DNA from: Malacoraja senta
Lineage: Eukaryota
Assembly: GCA_038087875.1 (NCBI GenBank)
Contig: CM075996.1
Span: 3,784,001-3,848,000 of the forward strand
Reading direction: 5' to 3'
DNA: 64,000 bases
Part shown: positions 57,699 through 64,000 of the stretch, piece after piece
How positions within the stretch are numbered: the first letter of the stretch is position 1
Layout: each line of letters opens with the position of its first letter
Notes under the pieces: generated by a model
What the model saw: only the letters and a program-made list of their open reading frames with translations
What the model was told of the DNA's origin: nothing
The model's database searches: none
Position numbers and translations under genes: made by a program

Positions 57699-59965
57699 AT
57701 AAATAGTGCACAAAGATTTCTATTTAGGCCTCGGCTTAATATAATGAGACACAGCATTCATTATGACCACACTCTGCCTCGACAAATCTAATTAAAATCT
57801 ACCGCTGGTGGTTAATGGAAATTAATTTCTTACAGTTGGAGATACCTGTGGCAGATGCTGAAGGCTGGAATGAGTTACGGTTCATGCTTAACCAGTTACC
57901 TGATGATGAATAATTGCCAGCTGTTTGTGGGTGCTATGCTTCACCAGCAGCTGTCTCCACTCAGGTATTCTGCAGAGGTTTCCACAACACTTGGCTGGGA
58001 CTATCCCAACGCTTTAAGAAACAGGCACATGGACAGGACTGGTTTGGGGGGATCTGGACCAAACGTGGGCAGGTGGGACCAGTGTAGCTGGGACATTGTT
58101 GGCCGGTGTGGGCAAGTTGGGCTGAAGGGCCTGTTTCCACGCTGTATCACTCTATGACTCTAATGGCTTGCTGGTGTATCATCAACTTTCAAACCAGACA
58201 CTGATGTGGAAGCTCACAAATAAACCTACGGTCGTTACTCAGGCTGAAGGTCACGGTGGCGCAGCGGTAGAGTTGCTGCCTCACGGCACCAGAGACCAGG
58301 GTTCGATCCTGACTACGGGTGCTGTCTGTATGGAGTTTGCATGTTTGACCTGCGTGGGGTTTTTCCGGGTGCTCCGGTTTCATCCCACACTCCAAAGACG
58401 TGCAGGTTTGCAGGTTAATAGGCTTCGGTGAAGAATGTAAATGATCCCTCGTGTGTGTAGGATAGGGCTAGTCTAAGGGGGGGGCGCGCTGGTCGGCACG
58501 GACTCGATGGGCCGAAGTGCCTCTTTCTGTGCTGTATCTCTAAAAGTATGATGAACAGAAGGGGGGGCGATGAGGCAGTGGGGAACATGCAAACTCCACA
58601 CAGACAGCACTGACGACAGGGTTTGGCGCTGTGAGGCTGCAGCTCTACCAGCTGTGGCCCCTGTGCCAGTCTAAGAATGTAATTTTGCCTTAAAGATTTT
58701 AATTTTATGTTCAAATGCCACTCTGGACATTTCTTTGTAGCCTCCCCATCCTTTAGCTCACCTTCCTTCAATGGTGAAAATACTGTGATGCGTTTCCAAG
58801 CCAGTTCGATGTGAGATTCGAAAGCAATATGCATGCATTAACTGAGGTGCCAACACTTTACATAATTCTAACGCGCAGAACCTTTAATTAAAACGAGTGT
58901 AAGAAGGAACTGCAGATGCTGGTTAAAATCAAAGTTGCCTTTTGCAGTGACTTTCGAAGCCACCAGAGGGAGGTGGTGAGTTTGAGGAAGAGCTCTTACT
59001 GAAACTTCACTTAACACAACTGGGCTTTACATTTTATATTGAGTCGGAAGGAACTGCAGATGCTGGTTTAAACCGAAGATAGACAAAAAAAAAAGCTGGA
59101 GTAACTCAGCGGGACACGTGACAATAAACTTAACTAAAGTTTTTGTTGCATAACACCCTTACTAATCAAAAACCTACCATTCTCTGTTTTAAAAATTACC
59201 CAATGACTTGGCCTCCACCGCCGTCTGTGGCAATGAATTCCACAGATTCACCACCCTCTGGCTGAGAAGTTCCTCTTTATCTCCATTCTACAGGTACATC
59301 CACTTATTCCGAGGCTGTGCCCTCTAGTCCTAGACTCTTCCGAGCGGCAGGGTGGCACAGCAGTAGAGTTGCTGCTGCCTCACAGCGCCAGAGACCCAGG
59401 TTTGATCCTGGACTACGGTTGATGTCTGTACGGAGTTTGTACGTTCTTCCAGTGACCGCATGTGTTTTCTCAGATTGCTCCGGTTTCCTCCCACATCCCA
59501 AAAGACGTGCAGGTTTGTAGGTTAATTGGCTTCTGCAAATTGTCCCTAGCGCGTGGGATAGAACTAGTGTACGGGTGATCGCTGGTCGGCGCAGACCCAG
59601 TGGGCCGAAGGGCCTGTTTCCACGCTGTATTTCCAAACAAAGCACTCCCACTTCTGGAAACATCCTCTGCACATCCAGATAGTCTTCTATCTGTTCATCA
59701 GACCCTTCATAGAGACGTCTAACTCCAAGTCATAGCCTTCCAAGTCAGCTGGTGTGTAGTTAGTGTCATTCGCAATACAGTGAGAACTGGACAACCATTG
59801 CACAGGCAATTAATAAAGCACCAATTAGGAAAATCAGTATATTGTTATTTCCAAAATAGTTTATACAGCAACAGTAATACAAAAAAAAAGTCAAAATGGT
59901 CACCCCTCTCCCACAGATGTACATCGAATAGAGCAAAGCATTAGAAACTGCCCTGGACACTGATT

Positions 59966-60296
59966 TGTGTGTGTGTGTGTGTGCATGTACGGGTGTGTGT
60001 GTGTGTGTGCCTGTGTGTGTGCGCGTGTGCACGTGCGTGTACGAGTGTATGTGTGTGTGCACGTGCGTGTACCTGTGTGTACATGTGTGTGCATGTGTGT
60101 ACGCGTGTGTATGTGTGCGTATGTGTGTGCACGTGCGTGCATGTGCGTGCGCCTGTGTGTCTACATGTGTGTGTGTGTGTGTACATGTGCACGTGTGTGC
60201 ACGTGCGTGTAAGTGCTTGTACATGCGTGTGCATGCACATGTGTGTGTACATGTGTCTACATGTGTGCATACGTGTGTGTACGCGCGTGCGCGTGG
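59966..60296. repeat. Degenerate (TG)n / alternating purine-pyrimidine tract
   Basis: Directly visible. Confidence 0.9.
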
Positions 60297-61899
60297 GAGA
60301 GAAAGTCAGAAGAAGAATCAAGAGCTAACCAGAGTTTACTGAGGAATACATCACGATGAAACAACTTCTACAAGACTTGACGGTGGGAGAGGCATCAGCC
60401 CTTGTCGGTCCAGGAGAGACCGGGTGAAAAATACATTATTTTAATTTTTTTTAATTGAACTATAAACTTGGAGGTTTTTAATTACAATTGCCTGAGAGAG
60501 ATTAAAAAAAATACTGGATCTTACGTGATTTTCCTTCTGGTGGAAAAATTGGATAATCGATAGATCGATAAATAGCTTGATATCAAAAGGTATCTGGAAT
60601 GAGGGCATCATTCCTATTAAAAGAACCTGGTTGAAGCACGATGTAACTCCATTTCACAATGAATGAAGAGGCTGCAAGCTTGCTCTCCCATGGACTAAGA
60701 TCTTTTCAGGGAAGAGAGTGGAGAACTGTTCTCACGCCAGCCCCACCATTCTCCACGAGCAGACGGCAAGATGGGTACGAAGGAACTGCAGACCAAAGAC
60801 AGACACAAAAAGCTAAAGTAACTCAGCGGGTCAGGCAGCATGTGTGTGGAAAGGGACCAGGTGACGTTTCGGGTCGAGACCCTCCTTCAGACTGAGAGTC
60901 GGGGGACAAGGAGAGCGAGAGTCCCTCTCCCCCCTCCCTCTCAGCCTCAAGAAGGGTCTCGATCCGAAACGCCACCCGTTCCTTTCCTCCAGAGATGTTG
61001 CCTGTCTCGCATGCGAGTTACTCCGCGCCAGTTTGCGTCTGCCTTCAGCAAAATGGGTAGACTTGCCTGCCGGCTCATTGTAGAGGTGACAGTGTGTAAG
61101 CCCTCTAGGGCAAAAGGCAAGGAGTGCAAGGGTAAATGATAAAACTAGGCACCGGGGATAAATCTAGTCCAAGCACATAGGAGATACAAAGAGAGAAACG
61201 CCAGACATTGGATGGTAGGCAAGTCCTCTGGATCTGCGCAGCTTTCCTTCTGACTGGAGTTTAATCAGGATGGTTCAAGCCAAAACCATTGAGTGGAGTG
61301 CATACACTTTGCAGATGGTGGTCTTTCCTTCGAGGCATATCTGACCTTCCCCTCGCTCTCCACACCCATCCCTGAGACCACAAACTTGAGGATGGAGATG
61401 GACTTTGTAGCCAATATAAATTGTCTCGAATTTGAGTTGGGTACAAGACAACAGGAGGATGATGATAAGAAGACCTCCTATCATTGAGGATGACTTCCTT
61501 CCAACCCATTGACCAGTTCTGTAGGAAGGCTGCACCTTCTCCAAATTGATTTAAACTCCAAAATTAAACTATAAACTGGGAGGATTTCAATTGCAATTGG
61601 CCTGAGAGAGATTAAAAAAAAAAAAATACTGGATCTTATGTGATTTTTCTTCTGGTGGGAAAGGGATAGTCAATAAATCAGGAGATTAGCTTGAGAACCT
61701 TGCGGGTAGAGCACCAAGGCAAATTCCTTGTATGTGAATACCTGGCCAATAAATTTATTCATTATTATTATTATTAATTATTATCTAAAAGGTATCTGGA
61801 TTCTTGGAGCCTCATTTGGCCCATATCCCTCTAAACATTTCCAATCCATGTCTTTTTGTGTGCTGGGGATGGGCAAGGTGAGAGAAAAAGGACATAGAT

Positions 61900-62208
61900 G
61901 GAGCGGCGCGGTGGCGCAGCGGTAGAGTTGCTGCCTCACAGCGCCAGAGACCCGGGTTCGATCCTGACTAGGGGTGCTGTCTGTACATTCTCCCCGTGAC
62001 CTGCGTGGGTTTTCTCTGAGTGCTCTGGCTTCCTCCCACCCACTCCAAAGACGTACAGGTTTGTCGGCTAGTCGGCTTGGATACAATTGTGAATGGTCCC
62101 CAAGTGTGTGTAAGTCAGCGTTGGCGTGCGGGGATCGCTGGTCGGCACGGACTGGGTGGGCCGAAGGGGCCTGTTTCCGCGCTGCATCTCCAAACTAAAC
62201 TAAACTAA
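61900..62208 (+). mobile_element. V-SINE (HE1-like) just downstream of the emp stop codon
   Basis: A/B boxes and (AAACT)n tail. Similar + copies at 58249-58543 and 59349-59638. Confidence 0.8.
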
Positions 62209-62363
62209 CAAAGAAGAAATTTACAAAAAATAACATTCTCTTTTTCCAAAATGGAAATCCAGTTTAACATTGCTCCAAAAATTAACGTTTGGGCTCCAAG
62301 AACCGTCCTCAAGGCCCAGCTGAGCCCCTCGCAGAGGTCTCTCTCTCTCTCTCTCTCTCTGGT

Positions 62364-62521
62364 TTACTCTCTCTTGCGGAGAATGGCGTATATTACTCCG
62401 CTGATGAGGGTCAAGGGGAAACAGAGCCAGGCCAGGATGTAGGAGGACCCGTACCACCCAGTCTGGGCTTTGCTGTGGAAGGAAATGGTGTAGATGGCGG
62501 CTGCGATCACCACACACAGAC
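62364..62521 (-). CDS. emp1: EMP/PMP22-family last coding exon (TM3-TM4, ends LRKRE*)
   Basis: Minus-strand tcttgcag| acceptor, YGxSYILAW motif, TAA stop at 62366-62364. Confidence 0.85.
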
Positions 62522-62804
62522 CTGCAAGAAGGACACAGGCATCATTAATTACCCCACACGAGGCTTTGGACACAAGGCGCGGAGACCGGCCCCGTCGGCC
62601 CGTGAAGTCCGCGCTGGCCGCAAGACTCGGAAGAAGACATCTTTAATTACCCCGCGGACTTACAGGAGAGCAGCTGGAAGACTCCCGTGAAGATGAAGCG
62701 GTTGCCTTTCTTCAGGGTGAAGAGCTGGCAGATGAAGACAAAGAAGCCACAGCAGCTGAAGATGACGGCGAGGACCATGCTCGCTTGCACAGCCTGCAGG
62801 CAGT
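62364..62804 (-). CDS. emp1: PMP22/EMP/claudin-family tetraspan protein, probably epithelial membrane protein 1; span of last two coding exons (5' exons lie beyond the window end)
   Basis: Spliced peptide [98 protein letters not shown], with a 142-bp GT-AG intron. The family is clear from the sequence; the paralogue is assigned by tail-to-tail synteny with grin2b. Confidence 0.8.
62664..62804 (-). CDS. emp1: EMP/PMP22-family penultimate coding exon (TM2-TM3)
   Basis: Minus-strand ttttccag| acceptor and T|gtaagt donor, 141 bp. Contains LQAVQAxMxL and [11 protein letters not shown] family motifs. Confidence 0.85.
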
Positions 62805-62859
62805 CTGGAAAAACAAAACACAATCAGTGGTAAACCTCAGCAGCCCAGAGAGCCTCATG

Positions 62860-64000
62860 TCGACTAATGCGGGTCCCTTACAGTCAGAGACAGGTGAATT
62901 TATAATGGGAAACAAAGAAATGGCAGAACAGTTAAACGAGTAAATTGGTTCTGTCTTCACTAAGGAAGACACAAACAATCTCCCAGAAATACTAGGGGAC
63001 CGAGGATCCAGTGGGAGGGAGGAACTGAAGGGAATCCACATTAGTCAGGAAATGGTGTTCGGTAAACTGTTGGGGCTGAAGGCAGATAAATCCCCAGGGC
63101 CTGATGGTCTGCATCCCAGAGTACTCAAGGAGGTGGCCCTAGAAATCGTGGATGCATTGGTGATCATTATCCAATGTTCTCTCAGATTCTCTCAGACTTA
63201 AAGATAGCGGAGTCAGGGGATATGGGGAGAAGGCAGGAACGGGGTACTGATTGGGGATGATCAGCCATGATCACATTGAATGGCAGTGCTGGCTCGAAGG
63301 GCCGAATGTCCTACTCCTGAATCTATTGTCTATTGTCTCTCGACTCTGGATCAGTTCCTGTGGACTGGAGGGTAACCAATGTAACCCCACTTTTTAAGAA
63401 AGGAGGGAGAGAGAAAACAGAGAGTTATAGACCAGTTAGCCTTATATCGGTAGTCGATTATTAAAGATGTTATAGCAGCGCATTTGGAAAGCAGTGACAA
63501 GCGGTCAATATATATATATACAACGTATATTACCAATTTAGACGAGGGATTTAAATGTGACATCTCAAAATTTGTGGATGACACAAAGCTGGGTGACAAT
63601 GTGAGCTGCGATGCGGATGCTATGAGGCTGCAGGGTAACTTGGATAGGTTGAGTGAGCGGGCAGATGCACGGCAGATGCAGTATAATTTGGATAAATGCG
63701 AGGTTATCCACTTTGGTGGCAAGAACAGGAAGGCAGATTATTATCTGAATGGTGTCAGATTAGGAAAAGGGGAAGTGCAACGAGACCTGGGTGTCCTTGT
63801 ACATCAGTCACTGAAAGTAAGCATGCAGGTACAGCAGGCAGTGAAGAAAGCTAATGGCACGTTGGCCTCATTGCGAGAGGATTTGAGTTTAGGAGCAAGG
63901 AGGTCCTACTGCAGTTGTACGCGGCCCTGGTGAGACCGCACCTGGAGTATTGTGTGCAATTTTGGTCTCCTAATTTGAGGAAAGACATTATTGCAGGTCC
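62860..64000 (+). mobile_element. CR1-clade LINE ORF2 reverse-transcriptase remnant in an emp intron, interrupted and internally deleted
   Basis: KSPGPDGLHPRVLKE, DWRVTNVTPLFKKG..YRPVSL and ISKFVDDTKLG (degenerate FADD) motifs. A second CR1 3' end is inserted at ~63185-63340. Confidence 0.88.

Noticed and set aside
59800..59900. Possible 3' end of the emp transcript on the minus strand
   Set aside because: The sequence looks like a U-rich UTR end, but I found no canonical minus-strand AATAAA there, so it is not called as a feature.

Overview
Eukaryotic (vertebrate) genomic DNA, most likely a cartilaginous fish such as a skate or ray; this is inferred from the HE1/V-SINE-like, CR1 and Penelope repeat content. 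The + strand carries the last ten coding exons of the NMDA receptor subunit gene grin2b (GluN2B, 879-31716, ending ...[11 protein letters not shown]), all with canonical GT-AG junctions. Five single-base frameshifts interrupt the reading frame and are probably assembly errors. A candidate 3' UTR of about 17.7 kb runs to an AATAAA at 49373. On the - strand, convergent with grin2b, are the last two coding exons of a PMP22/EMP-family gene (62364-62804), most likely emp1 by synteny. The rest is dense in repeats: tRNA-derived V-SINEs with a strong orientation bias, CR1, L2, Rex1 and Tx1 LINE fragments, a hAT MITE, a family of palindromic MITEs, and mini- and microsatellites. The most striking repeat class is a set of Penelope-like element remnants carrying minimal hammerhead-ribozyme cores (CUGAAGA-stem-GAAACGUH). 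Several are arranged as fold-back units flanked by 13-15 bp direct repeats, and several lie in the sense orientation of the grin2b pre-mRNA.
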